This document shows positions 37,507 through 46,716 of a DNA stretch of 64,000 bases, piece by piece; positions within the stretch are counted from its first letter, which is position 1, and each line of letters begins with the position of its first letter. The stretch is from an uncultured Actinomycetes bacterium. GTDB lineage: Bacteria > Actinomycetota > UBA4738 > HRBIN12. The position numbers and the translations under genes were made by a program. The notes below the pieces were generated by a model. That model was not told where the DNA came from and made no database searches. It saw nothing but the letters and a program-made list of their open reading frames with translations. The DNA is taken from contig CAVPIB010000007.1 of NCBI GenBank assembly GCA_963704885.1, forward strand, positions 1-64,000. Direction: 5' to 3'.

Positions 37507-38754
37507 ATGGACACCAAGCCCCGCGCCGCGATCGTGACCGTCTCCGACGGGGTGACGGCCGGGTCCCGTCGGGACACTTCCGGGGACACCGCCGAGACGC
37601 TGCTCCATGAGGCAGGCTTCGATGTGGCCCATCGAGTCGTCGTGCCCGATGATCGTCCTCGCATAGAGCAGGCGCTCCGCGACCTGGCTGCCACCTATGA
37701 GCTTGTGGTGACGACCGGCGGCACGGGGTTCGGGCCTCGGGATGTGACTCCCGAGGCCACTAGAGCCGTGATCGATCGCGAGGCTCCGGGCCTTGCTGAG
37801 CTGATGCGCTCGGTCGGCCTCGCGCACACGCCGATGGCGGCGCTGTCGCGGGCCGTGGTCGGGAGTCTGGGATCCACGCTGATCGTGAACCTCCCAGGGA
37901 GCCCGAGAGGCGTTCAAGAGGGTCTCGAGGCGATACTGCCGGTCGTGCCGCACGCGGTGGAGCTGCTGGCCGGGGCCTCGGGAGAGCATCCCACCGGTCA
38001 TGGTGAGGGGGATGACCAGCCGCGAGCCGATCCCGGCGCGCTCCCCGGCACGGTCACGATCACCGCCGTGAAGCAGATCGGCGCCCCTCCCTGCCCCGTG
38101 GGCTCGCGGATCGTCCTCGGATCCGGGGGACCGCTGGAGGGCACGTTGGGGTGCGCGGAGTTCGACGCGGCGGCGGTCCAGGCGGCGTCGGAGTCTCTGG
38201 CCGCCGAGGACGCCGTTCCTCACACCCGAGTCTTCCATCACGACCTGGGCGACATAGAGGTGTTCGTGGAGCCGCACCCGCGTCTCGCCACGCTCGTCGT
38301 GGTATCCGCTACGCCGGTCGCCGAGGAGCTGCTCAAGCTCGCTCCAGGGCTCGGCTATAGAACGATCTTGGTCGAGCCGCGTGCCGAGCGGATCAGCGCT
38401 CAGCATCACACGCTCGCCGACGAGGTCCGGTCGTCGCCCGACGGCGTTGCTGCGGACTCGCGAACCGATGCTGTGTTCACCGATCACGACGCTCCCGGAG
38501 TCGCGGACTCTCTGGCGACCCTGCTCCGATCGCCCGCCCGTTTCATCGGCGTCATGGGAAGCCGACGGCACGTGGGTCCCTACGTGGAGACGCTGCAAGG
38601 GATGGGGTTCGGTCCCGACGACCTCGGACGGCTGCGATCTCCGCTCGGTCTGGACATCGGCGGGAAGCGTCCGCAGGAGATCGCGCTGTCGATCGCCGCT
38701 GGACTGGTGGCTGCGCGTTCGGGCCGCGAGGGTGGCTGGATGGATGCGCCTTGA
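37507..38754 (+). CDS. fusion of MoaB/Mog molybdopterin adenylyltransferase domain and XdhC-family domain
   Basis: TVSD..RRDTSG, TTGGTGFGPRDVTPEA, NLPGSP; then GTLGCAEFD, FIGVMGSRRH, PLGLDIGG..PQEIALSI. Confidence 0.88.
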   Translation: MDTKPRAAIVTVSDGVTAGSRRDTSGDTAETLLHEAGFDVAHRVVVPDDRPRIEQALRDLAATYELVVTTGGTGFGPRDVTPEATRAVIDREAPGLAELMRSVGLAHTPMAALSRAVVGSLGSTLIVNLPGSPRGVQEGLEAILPVVPHAVELLAGASGEHPTGHGEGDDQPRADPGALPGTVTITAVKQIGAPPCPVGSRIVLGSGGPLEGTLGCAEFDAAAVQAASESLAAEDAVPHTRVFHHDLGDIEVFVEPHPRLATLVVVSATPVAEELLKLAPGLGYRTILVEPRAERISAQHHTLADEVRSSPDGVAADSRTDAVFTDHDAPGVADSLATLLRSPARFIGVMGSRRHVGPYVETLQGMGFGPDDLGRLRSPLGLDIGGKRPQEIALSIAAGLVAARSGREGGWMDAP

Positions 38755-39536
38755 CTGGCTCTTCCGAGCACGTGAGGAAGAACCGTGAGCACTGGGACGG
38801 CTACAGCGCGGCCTATCAGGAGCGGAACGCGAGCCAGCTCGATCGTTGGGACCGCCTCGGCTGGGGGACCTGGGACATAGCGGACGACGAGCTACACGCT
38901 CTCGGCGAGGTACAAGGGCTGGACGTCTTGGAGTACGGATGCGGTGGCTGTCAGAGTGGGATCCGTGTGGCCAAGCGTGGCGCGCGGGTCACAGGGCTCG
39001 ACTTCTCCCTGGCCCAACTCCTCCACGGACGAACGAAGATGACAGAGACGGGCGTGCGGTTCCCGGTCGTTCAGGCCGACGGGGAAGGGATCCCCTTCCG
39101 CGACGAGAGCTTCGACCTGGTGTTCTGCGACCACGGCGTGATGGGGTTCGCGGATCCCTACCGAACGGTGCCAGAAGTGGCTCGGGTCCTGAGGCCCGGG
39201 GGCCGATTCGCGTTCAACGGCACTACCCCGTGGATCTGGGTAGCGTGGGGCGAGGAGGATCTGCCGCCTGCGCGTGAGATGCGGCGCGACTACTTCGGTC
39301 TGAGGAGCGCCGACGTGGACGATCCCGACTGGAGAACGACCGAGTTTCAGCTGACGTACGGTGACTGGATCCGCCTGTTCGGTGCGAGCGGTCTGGTGGT
39401 CGAAGACCTGATCGAGCTCCGTCCATCCCCCGACGCCACCACGACGTACCCGGACTACTCGAGCCTCGAGTGGGCACGGGCCTTCCCGAGCGAGCACATC
39501 TGGAAGGTGCGGAAGGCGTTGGGTGTCCCCAGCTAG
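38751..39536 (+). CDS. class I SAM-dependent methyltransferase
   Basis: VLEYGCGG, GLDFS, PFRDESFDLV, RVLRPGG. Confidence 0.9.
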   Translation: MTGSSEHVRKNREHWDGYSAAYQERNASQLDRWDRLGWGTWDIADDELHALGEVQGLDVLEYGCGGCQSGIRVAKRGARVTGLDFSLAQLLHGRTKMTETGVRFPVVQADGEGIPFRDESFDLVFCDHGVMGFADPYRTVPEVARVLRPGGRFAFNGTTPWIWVAWGEEDLPPAREMRRDYFGLRSADVDDPDWRTTEFQLTYGDWIRLFGASGLVVEDLIELRPSPDATTTYPDYSSLEWARAFPSEHIWKVRKALGVPS

Positions 39537-40941
39537 TCTGCGTCAGACTACTGCCACGATGCTCGCCTCTGTGGCGCTCGTGGCCGCCGGCCTCAACGGC
39601 CCTCCTCCTCCAGCGCCGCAAGACGATCGTCCGAACATCATCGTCATCCTCACGGACGACCAGTCGTTCGATACGCTGCCGTCACATCCAGCGGCGATGC
39701 CGTGGCTGCAGGACCAGATCCACGATCCGACGGGCAGCTGGCTGTGGTTCCCCAACGCGTTCATCTCCACGCCGATCTGCTGTCCCTCGCGCGCGACGAT
39801 CCTCTCGGGGCGATATAGCCACCACACGAACGTGCGCACCAACGACGACGGAGAGCGGTTCGATGACTCGGACACTCTCGCGACCTGGCTCCACAACTCG
39901 GGATACTTCACCGGACTGGTCGGGAAGTACCTCAACCGATATCCGTTCGGCCGTGCGCCGTACGTTCCCGCTGGATGGGATCGATGGGTAGCCAAACGGA
40001 ACACCGCCACCACGACGACATACTTCGACTTCGGGTTCGTGGATCGGACCATCCCGCTAACGACCGCGCACGGGGCCGGAACCTATGCGACGGATCTCTT
40101 CGCGGATCGCGCTGTGGACTTCATCAGGGTTGCGCCGGCCGAGCAACCGTACTTCCTCTACTTCGCGACCAGCGCTCCGCATCCACCGTGGACCCCACCA
40201 CCACGACACGCCGGTGCGTTCGCAGGCGTGCCGATCTCAGTTCCACCGAGCGTGAACGAGCGGAACGTCTCGGACAAGCCGGCCTGGGTGCAAGCGCTGG
40301 ATCCCCTCGATGGCGACGATCTCTCCAGACTCATGAGCGAACGCCGGCGTGAGCGGGCAACCCTCCTTGGGGTGGACGACGCGATCCGGCGGATCGTCGG
40401 GGCGGCCGAGGCGCGAGGCGACCTGGACCGAACGATCATCTTCTTCCTCACGGACAACGGCTTCTCGTTCGGCGAGCACAGGATCCGCGGCAAACGCTGT
40501 CAGTACGAGGAGTGCATCCGAACGCCCTTCGCGGTGCTGGTTCCGGGAGGGGAGTCTGGACAGGTGAACGGCCTGATCTCCAACGTGGACCTGGCCCCTA
40601 CGATCGTCGACCTGGCCGGGATTCAGACGGCTCCGCTCGTCGACGGTCGCAGCTTCAGGCGGGCGCTGGCCGGGCGACCGTGGAAGGGCCCGCCCGGAGT
40701 GCTGCTCGAATGGGCGGGCGACGATGAGGTCCCAGCCTGGCAGGGCGTGCGGACGCGCGACTTCGCCTACGTCGAGAGCGCCGACGGCACCGTGGAGCTG
40801 TACGACCTTACGGGAGCGCTCGGACGCGCCGACCCGTTCGAGGTGAAGAGCCGGTCGGACGATCCCAGGTATCGCGTAGTGGTCGATCGCCTGGCCGCGT
40901 TGCTCCGACGGCTGCGCTCCCGTGAGCTCCATCGAAGCTAG
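39523..40941 (+). CDS. sulfatase (Cys-type, N-acetylglucosamine-6-sulfatase-like), probably exported
   Basis: [17 protein letters not shown] (CxPxR), GKYLN, TDNG, NVDLAPT, ELYDL. Confidence 0.92.
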   Translation: MSPASLRQTTATMLASVALVAAGLNGPPPPAPQDDRPNIIVILTDDQSFDTLPSHPAAMPWLQDQIHDPTGSWLWFPNAFISTPICCPSRATILSGRYSHHTNVRTNDDGERFDDSDTLATWLHNSGYFTGLVGKYLNRYPFGRAPYVPAGWDRWVAKRNTATTTTYFDFGFVDRTIPLTTAHGAGTYATDLFADRAVDFIRVAPAEQPYFLYFATSAPHPPWTPPPRHAGAFAGVPISVPPSVNERNVSDKPAWVQALDPLDGDDLSRLMSERRRERATLLGVDDAIRRIVGAAEARGDLDRTIIFFLTDNGFSFGEHRIRGKRCQYEECIRTPFAVLVPGGESGQVNGLISNVDLAPTIVDLAGIQTAPLVDGRSFRRALAGRPWKGPPGVLLEWAGDDEVPAWQGVRTRDFAYVESADGTVELYDLTGALGRADPFEVKSRSDDPRYRVVVDRLAALLRRLRSRELHRS

Positions 40942-40952
40942 ACTGCCTCATC

Positions 40953-42518
40953 GTGCCGCAGTCTCCGGGACCGATCATCCGGCCGGCGTCGTCGGATCGT
41001 CGGCGTCCAACCCGTCCTCAGATCGCTCGCAGGCGCGCGTTCGCGGCGCTCCTGTTGGTGCTCGTGGTGTTCCTCGCCTGGCAGTTCTGGCCGGCCGGTG
41101 GGTCGACGAGCGCCGAAGGCGAAGGCGGTCAGCAGGGACAGGGGAACGGCAGCGGCGCCGGCGGAGGAGGCAGCGGCGGAGGTGCGATCGGGCCTGACAA
41201 CCCGATCGAGCACGTGGTCTTCCTGGTGAAGGAGAACCGAACGTTCAACAACTACTTCGCTACGTACCCGGGCGCGGAGGGAACGACGACCGGGGGGACC
41301 TTGACGTGCAACGGGAGCGTGTGCCGACCCGGCGACGACCATAAGTTGACTGTGGCCCCCGACATCCAGCCGCATGACATCACTCACGGCTTCTCATCCG
41401 GGCTGTATGCGATCAACGGCGGCCAGATGAACGGCTACAACATCATCGGATCGGGCCAGGACCTGAGCGGGTACTCATACTTCAAGCGCGAAGGCATCCC
41501 CAACTACTGGGCTTACGCGGATCGCTTCGTGCTAGCGGATCACTTCTTCACGTCCATGTACGGACCCACGTTCCCGGAGCATCTCTACACGGTCGCCGCC
41601 CAGGCCTATGGCATCGTCGACAACAAGACGTCCACGGATCACGTGGGTAACTACTGCGACGACCCCACGGAATTCACCCCGCACTTCCGGCAGGATCTGA
41701 CCGCGGCGGAGAAGCGCAAGATCATGCAGTACGAGCAGAACTTCACGGACGACTTCCCGAACATGATCTACAGGATCAACCCCTACTGGGAGAGCATCCG
41801 GACCTGTATCGACGTGAAGACGCTGCCGGACAAGCTGGAGAAGGTTGGTGTCGATTGGAAGTACTACGCCAACGTCGACCAATGGATGAACGCCCTCCAG
41901 GCGATCAGGCATATCCGCGAGGATCCCGTGAAGTGGGGGAAGGTCCAGCCGCCCGAGAACTTCATCAAGGACATCAAGGCGGGTGAGATGCCAGAGGTGT
42001 CGTGGTTGATCCCGCCAGAGTCCTACAACGAGCACCCCGGCGAAGGTGTCTCGGTGTGTGCGGGCGAGAACTGGACCGTCACGCAGATCAACGCCGTCAT
42101 GCGGAGCGAGTATTGGGCATCGACGGCCATCGTGGTCATCTGGGACGACTTCGGCGGCTTCTACGACGGGGTCGCGCCACCGCACTACGACGTCATGGGC
42201 CTAGGCCCACGCACGCCGGCGCTGATCATCTCGCCCTACACTCGAACCGGTGATGGTCGGGCAGGCGGCTACGTGGACGACACCGTGTATGAGTTCTCCT
42301 CGGTCCTGCGGTTCATCGAGGAGCTACACGAGCTGAAGCCGCTCACCGAGCGGGACGCTCAGGCGAACCCTCTCGAAGGGGCGTTCGACTTCTCGCAACC
42401 GCCGAACACGGATCCGCTGATCCTGAAACTCCGCGACGAGTGCCCGTACGGGACGTCGTTCGCCGACATGGTGCCGGGGAGTCCAGCCGTTCAGGGTATC
42501 GGCGTCCCATGGGGATAG
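40953..42518 (+). CDS. phosphoesterase family (phospholipase C/acid phosphatase-like) protein, membrane anchored
   Basis: [45 protein letters not shown]. Confidence 0.9.
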   Translation: MPQSPGPIIRPASSDRRRPTRPQIARRRAFAALLLVLVVFLAWQFWPAGGSTSAEGEGGQQGQGNGSGAGGGGSGGGAIGPDNPIEHVVFLVKENRTFNNYFATYPGAEGTTTGGTLTCNGSVCRPGDDHKLTVAPDIQPHDITHGFSSGLYAINGGQMNGYNIIGSGQDLSGYSYFKREGIPNYWAYADRFVLADHFFTSMYGPTFPEHLYTVAAQAYGIVDNKTSTDHVGNYCDDPTEFTPHFRQDLTAAEKRKIMQYEQNFTDDFPNMIYRINPYWESIRTCIDVKTLPDKLEKVGVDWKYYANVDQWMNALQAIRHIREDPVKWGKVQPPENFIKDIKAGEMPEVSWLIPPESYNEHPGEGVSVCAGENWTVTQINAVMRSEYWASTAIVVIWDDFGGFYDGVAPPHYDVMGLGPRTPALIISPYTRTGDGRAGGYVDDTVYEFSSVLRFIEELHELKPLTERDAQANPLEGAFDFSQPPNTDPLILKLRDECPYGTSFADMVPGSPAVQGIGVPWG

Positions 42519-42523
42519 GACCG

Positions 42524-43942
42524 TCAGGTGGGTAGCTGCTCCAGCTCGCCGCTCTCCACCCGTTCGCGCCACCAGGCTTGACCGTCTTCGGGCAGCGTAT
42601 AGATGGGGTCGTAGTAGGGGTGGCGACGCGTGAGCGCGTCGGGATCGTCGTCCTCGATGCCGGTCCGGTAGTTCTTGGTCCAGTACGAGATGCCCTTGGT
42701 GCGGTCGTAGTCCTTCAACATGTGCACCCAGCGCTTGCCTACGAAGGGAACATCGCAGACGACGCGCGGCGTGGCGAACCCCGGCATGTATCCGAGCAGT
42801 TGGTACTGAAGTTCCTGGGCTTCTGCGACCGACGTTCGCCAGTGCTCGGCGTTGGGGATCATGTCGCACATGTAGAAGTAGTAGGGCGTGATCTTCGCGT
42901 GATCCAGGAGCATGAAGCAGAGCTCCAACAGGTCGTTGGGTGCGGTGTTCACGCCGCGCAGGAGCACGCCTTGATTGCGAACGTCGCGGAAGCCAGCCTC
43001 GAGGGTGGCCTGCGCGGCCTTGCCGACGAGAGGTGTCACCTGCTGAGCGCAGTTCACGTGCGTGTGCAGTGCGATGTCGACACCGCGTGAACGTGCCGCG
43101 GAGGCCATCGTCTCGAATCCGGCGCGAACGTCGTCTTGCAGGAAGTGCTGTGGCAGACCCATCAGGCCTTTGGACGCGATGCGGATGTCGCGGATGTTCT
43201 CGATGGCCAAGAGCTTCAGCACGAAATCCTCGAGGCGCTTGATCGGAACGTTCGCCATGTCGCCGCCCGAGACGACCACATCGCGGACCTGCGGGGTCCT
43301 TCGCAGGTAGTCGAGCATCTGCTCCCACCGGTCGTTCTGCTTGACCTCGAACTTGTACTTGAGCACCTGGAGCGTGTCGTTGCCGACCAGGTCCATCCGC
43401 GTGCAGTGCCCGCAGTACTGCGGGCAGGTCGGGATGAGCTCGGCCAGAACCTTGGTTGGGTAGCGGTGTGTAAGGCCCTCGACGGCCCACATGTCGGCCT
43501 CGTGTAGAGAATCGCGTGAGGCCATCGGGTGGCTCGTCCACTCGGTCTCGCGTTCGCTCAGCGCCGGGGCCATGTATCGGCGGACCCTGTCGCTCCTAAG
43601 GTCGTGCTCCTCCATGGTGTTGACCATCTGTGGTGGGATCAGCATGGACATCGTGGCCCGCTCGTGCTGGTCACGCTCGATGTCGGCAAGAAGGTCGTCG
43701 GTCAGGTTCTCGCCGAGGGCCTCCTTGAACTCCTTGAGGTTCTTCACGCTGTGAGCGCGCTGCCACTGAGCGGACTCCCACTGCTCGACCGTCACCGCGC
43801 GATAGCCGGGGAGGCGCGTCCAATCGGGTTCCACGTAGTCCCGCTGCATCGGGTACTCGAACGGCTGCAGGGTGGCGTGGGCGTGAGCCTCACGGTGCCC
43901 CGGGCGGAGGTTGGCCCGTTCTGGGTGGGTCTCCACGCTCAT
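42524..43942 (-). CDS. kamA: KamA-family radical SAM enzyme (lysine 2,3-aminomutase-like)
   Basis: GLTHRYPTK, CPQYCGHCTR, VVSGGD, NQGVLLRGVN, PYYFY, GKRW; RBS GGGAGG. Confidence 0.9.
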   Translation of the reverse strand: MSVETHPERANLRPGHREAHAHATLQPFEYPMQRDYVEPDWTRLPGYRAVTVEQWESAQWQRAHSVKNLKEFKEALGENLTDDLLADIERDQHERATMSMLIPPQMVNTMEEHDLRSDRVRRYMAPALSERETEWTSHPMASRDSLHEADMWAVEGLTHRYPTKVLAELIPTCPQYCGHCTRMDLVGNDTLQVLKYKFEVKQNDRWEQMLDYLRRTPQVRDVVVSGGDMANVPIKRLEDFVLKLLAIENIRDIRIASKGLMGLPQHFLQDDVRAGFETMASAARSRGVDIALHTHVNCAQQVTPLVGKAAQATLEAGFRDVRNQGVLLRGVNTAPNDLLELCFMLLDHAKITPYYFYMCDMIPNAEHWRTSVAEAQELQYQLLGYMPGFATPRVVCDVPFVGKRWVHMLKDYDRTKGISYWTKNYRTGIEDDDPDALTRRHPYYDPIYTLPEDGQAWWRERVESGELEQLPT

Positions 43943-44054
43943 ATTCCACACCTCCCTGGATCTGCGCTGACGGGCGTTCGATGTGCGTTCCGACGGGATA
44001 TCTGACGGAGGAACTCTAGGATACCCGAGGATCATCCGGTAAGACTGTCGGTTG

Positions 44055-44071
44055 ACCGGAAGATATCCGGT
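44055..44071. promoter_or_regulatory. palindromic operator-like site upstream of kamA
   Basis: ACCGGA-AGATA-TCCGGT, plus a second ATCCGGT half-site at 44034-44040. Confidence 0.45.
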
Positions 44072-44091
44072 GAAAGCGTGTTAAGGGAGGG

Positions 44092-44370
44092 TCAGCGTCG
44101 GCCGCGAGGGCCGCCGCCACCACCGTCCCGGCGCGGGCGACGCTCCATCCTGACCTCGGGGACGTGCTTGGGGAGCCGAGCGCGCATCGGAGCGTGGCCG
44201 GTCCGTTCGAGCCTCACCATCATGTGGTCGGGGAGTTGCTGGCGATCGGTTTCGCGCCAGCCGTTCGCGAGCAGGTGCTTCAGGCGTGCCGCGGCCGTCT
44301 TTCGGAGCTTGTCCGTACCGGGCACGCGAACGTAGAGGCGTTCGTGGAGAACCTGCTTGTAGTCGGGCAT
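44092..44370 (-). CDS. small basic hypothetical protein with Arg/Gly-rich tail
   Basis: 92 aa; TACCCT -10-like box upstream of ATG; fills the gap between kamA and the GGDEF gene. Confidence 0.6.
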   Translation of the reverse strand: MPDYKQVLHERLYVRVPGTDKLRKTAAARLKHLLANGWRETDRQQLPDHMMVRLERTGHAPMRARLPKHVPEVRMERRPRRDGGGGGPRGRR

Positions 44371-44402
44371 GGCTCGCAAAGGGTAGCAGGCGCCGAATGC
44401 CC

Positions 44403-44430
44403 TACAGCGCCCGTGCGTCGCAGCCGATAG
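44403..44430 (+). promoter_or_regulatory. sigma28/WhiG-like promoter (GGDEF-EAL gene 1)
   Basis: TACAG-N15-GCCGATAG, 9 nt before ATG. Confidence 0.55.
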
Positions 44431-44439
44431 CTCCTACGT

Positions 44440-46710
44440 ATGGGGGCTCCGGCCGGTGGAGTAGAGGCCGTCCTCGGAGCGGTGGCGTTCGCGACCGAAC
44501 GCTTCCTTCGCGACGAGGACTGGCAGGATCGGATCGCCGAGGTGCTCGAGCACCTCGGCTCTGCCTTGGAAACGTCTCGCGCATACCTCTTCCAGAACAC
44601 CCGCGGATCCGATGGCCGCCTGTGGATGGACCTGCGGTCCGAATGGGACTCGGAAGGCACGCGCAGGATCTTCGAAGACCCCACCAACCACCTCCACCCA
44701 TACGCGCCCGACTTCTCCCGATGGATCGAGCTCCTCGGCCGACGCGAGGTGATCCGATCAGCGATCGTGGATCTGCCCGAAGGCGAGCGCCGTGTCCTGG
44801 GGCGCGAGGGCGTCCGCAACGTGCTGGCTGTTCCGATCTTCATAGGCGCAGAGTGGTGGGGGTTCTTCGGCCTGGACGACGCGAAGGACGGGCGAACGTG
44901 GTCCGACGTGGATGTCGACGCGTTGCGGGCGACCGGGGGCGCGCTGAGCGGGGCGATCGCACGTCAGCGGGTAGAGCAGACACGCCATTTCACAGAACAG
45001 CAGTACCGCTCGATCGTAGAACACATCCCGGCCATGACCTACATCGAATCGGTCGTGGAGTTCGGTCCGACCGTCTACATCAGCCCGAACGTCGAACAGA
45101 TGCTCGGGTACTCCCAGCAGGAGTGGCTGGGCGACCCGGAGATGTGGAACAAGATCCTGCATCCCGATGACAAGGCGCGAGCGATGGCGGAGATCGAGCG
45201 GCATAAGGAAGCTTGCGAGCCCTTCTCTTTGGAGTACCGCATGTTCTCCAAGGACGGCAAGGTGGTGTGGGTGCTCGACCAGGCGAGCATCGTCAGGGAT
45301 GAGAGGGGGCAACCCTGCTACTCACACGGTGTCGTCATGGATATCAGCGATCGCAAGCATGCCGACGAGCAGGTCGCCTTCGCGGCGTACCACGACGAGC
45401 TCACCGGCCTGCCGAGCCGGTCGATGTTCGAGGAGTTGCTCGATCTGTCGGTCGCGCGCGCACAACTGCACGATGGGTCCGTGGCGGTCGTATGCGTTGA
45501 TCTGGATGACTTCTCGCTGGTGAACGACAGCATGGGGCACGTCCAAGGTGACGAGCTGCTCAAGATGGTGGCGGGCCGGCTCCGGGAGGCCACCCGCGAG
45601 ACCGACCTGGTCGCGCGGCGCGGAGGCGATCAGTTCCTGCTCCTGCTCGCCGACCTGGAGCTGGAGGAGCGCGGCGAGACGGATGCGGCGATGATCCGGG
45701 CCGAGTCGGTCGTTCATCGGGTGCAGGATGCTTTCGCGTCGCCGTTCACGCTGCAGGGAACCGAGCTGTACCTGTCGGCCAGCATGGGTATCAGCCTGTT
45801 CCCTCAAGACGCCGATGACGTCGCTGCGCTGCAGCGGAACGCCGAAGCAGCGATGTATGAGAGTAAGAAGGCCGGGCCTGCGGGCTACGTGGTCTCAGCT
45901 CGGGGCACGATCGATTCGGGTGCCAAGCTGCAGATGGTGACGCGACTGCGCAGGGCGGTCGAGAATCAGCGGTGGATCCTTCACTACCAGCCCGTGATCG
46001 AGCTCGAGACGCAGAAGATGATGGGCGTCGAGGCCCTGGTCAGGTGGCTGGAGCCCGACGGAACGATGGTCCCGCCCGGAGAGTTCATCCCACTCGCTGA
46101 AGAGCTAGGGTTGATCGAAGCTATCGGCGATTGGGTCGTCAAGGAGATCGTCTACCAGGCTCGTGCGTGGTTGGACCTGGGGATCGACCTCGAGATCGGC
46201 TTCAACCTGTCACCGCGTCAGTTCTGGCAGCCGGACCTGGCCGAACGCGTGTTGTCTCCGATCAAGGGCGGCGGTCTGGACCCCGCCCGGATCGTCGTCG
46301 AGGTGACCGAGTCCTCGGCCATGATGGATCCCGATCGCGCCCAGGAGATCCTGTGGGATCTGCACGGGAGCGGTTTGCGGATCGCGATCGACGACTTCGG
46401 AACCGGGTACTCGTCGCTGTCCCGCTTACGTGAGGTTCCGGTGGAGATCTTGAAGATCGACCGCTCGTTCGTCTCCGGCGTCGATCAGGACCCGCAGGCG
46501 GCGAGCATCGTCTCGGCGTTCATCGAGCTGGCAGGTGGACTGGGGATGACCACCCTGGCCGAGGGCATCGAGACGCTTGGTGAGCTCGACTTCCTGATCT
46601 CACGCGGCTGTCAGCTGGGTCAGGGATTCCTCTTCAGCCGGCCGGTGCCGCCCGAGGAGATCATCGCGTTCGCGCTCGGCGGAGTGCCGGCCGTGACCGG
46701 GACCGCTTGA
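44440..46710 (+). CDS. GAF-PAS-GGDEF-EAL c-di-GMP turnover protein (GGDQF variant)
   Basis: HDELTGLP, VNDSMGH, RGGDQF, EALVRW, IDDFGTGYSSL, EGIE, QGFLFSRP. Confidence 0.94.
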   Translation: MGAPAGGVEAVLGAVAFATERFLRDEDWQDRIAEVLEHLGSALETSRAYLFQNTRGSDGRLWMDLRSEWDSEGTRRIFEDPTNHLHPYAPDFSRWIELLGRREVIRSAIVDLPEGERRVLGREGVRNVLAVPIFIGAEWWGFFGLDDAKDGRTWSDVDVDALRATGGALSGAIARQRVEQTRHFTEQQYRSIVEHIPAMTYIESVVEFGPTVYISPNVEQMLGYSQQEWLGDPEMWNKILHPDDKARAMAEIERHKEACEPFSLEYRMFSKDGKVVWVLDQASIVRDERGQPCYSHGVVMDISDRKHADEQVAFAAYHDELTGLPSRSMFEELLDLSVARAQLHDGSVAVVCVDLDDFSLVNDSMGHVQGDELLKMVAGRLREATRETDLVARRGGDQFLLLLADLELEERGETDAAMIRAESVVHRVQDAFASPFTLQGTELYLSASMGISLFPQDADDVAALQRNAEAAMYESKKAGPAGYVVSARGTIDSGAKLQMVTRLRRAVENQRWILHYQPVIELETQKMMGVEALVRWLEPDGTMVPPGEFIPLAEELGLIEAIGDWVVKEIVYQARAWLDLGIDLEIGFNLSPRQFWQPDLAERVLSPIKGGGLDPARIVVEVTESSAMMDPDRAQEILWDLHGSGLRIAIDDFGTGYSSLSRLREVPVEILKIDRSFVSGVDQDPQAASIVSAFIELAGGLGMTTLAEGIETLGELDFLISRGCQLGQGFLFSRPVPPEEIIAFALGGVPAVTGTA

Positions 46711-46716
46711 GCCGGC

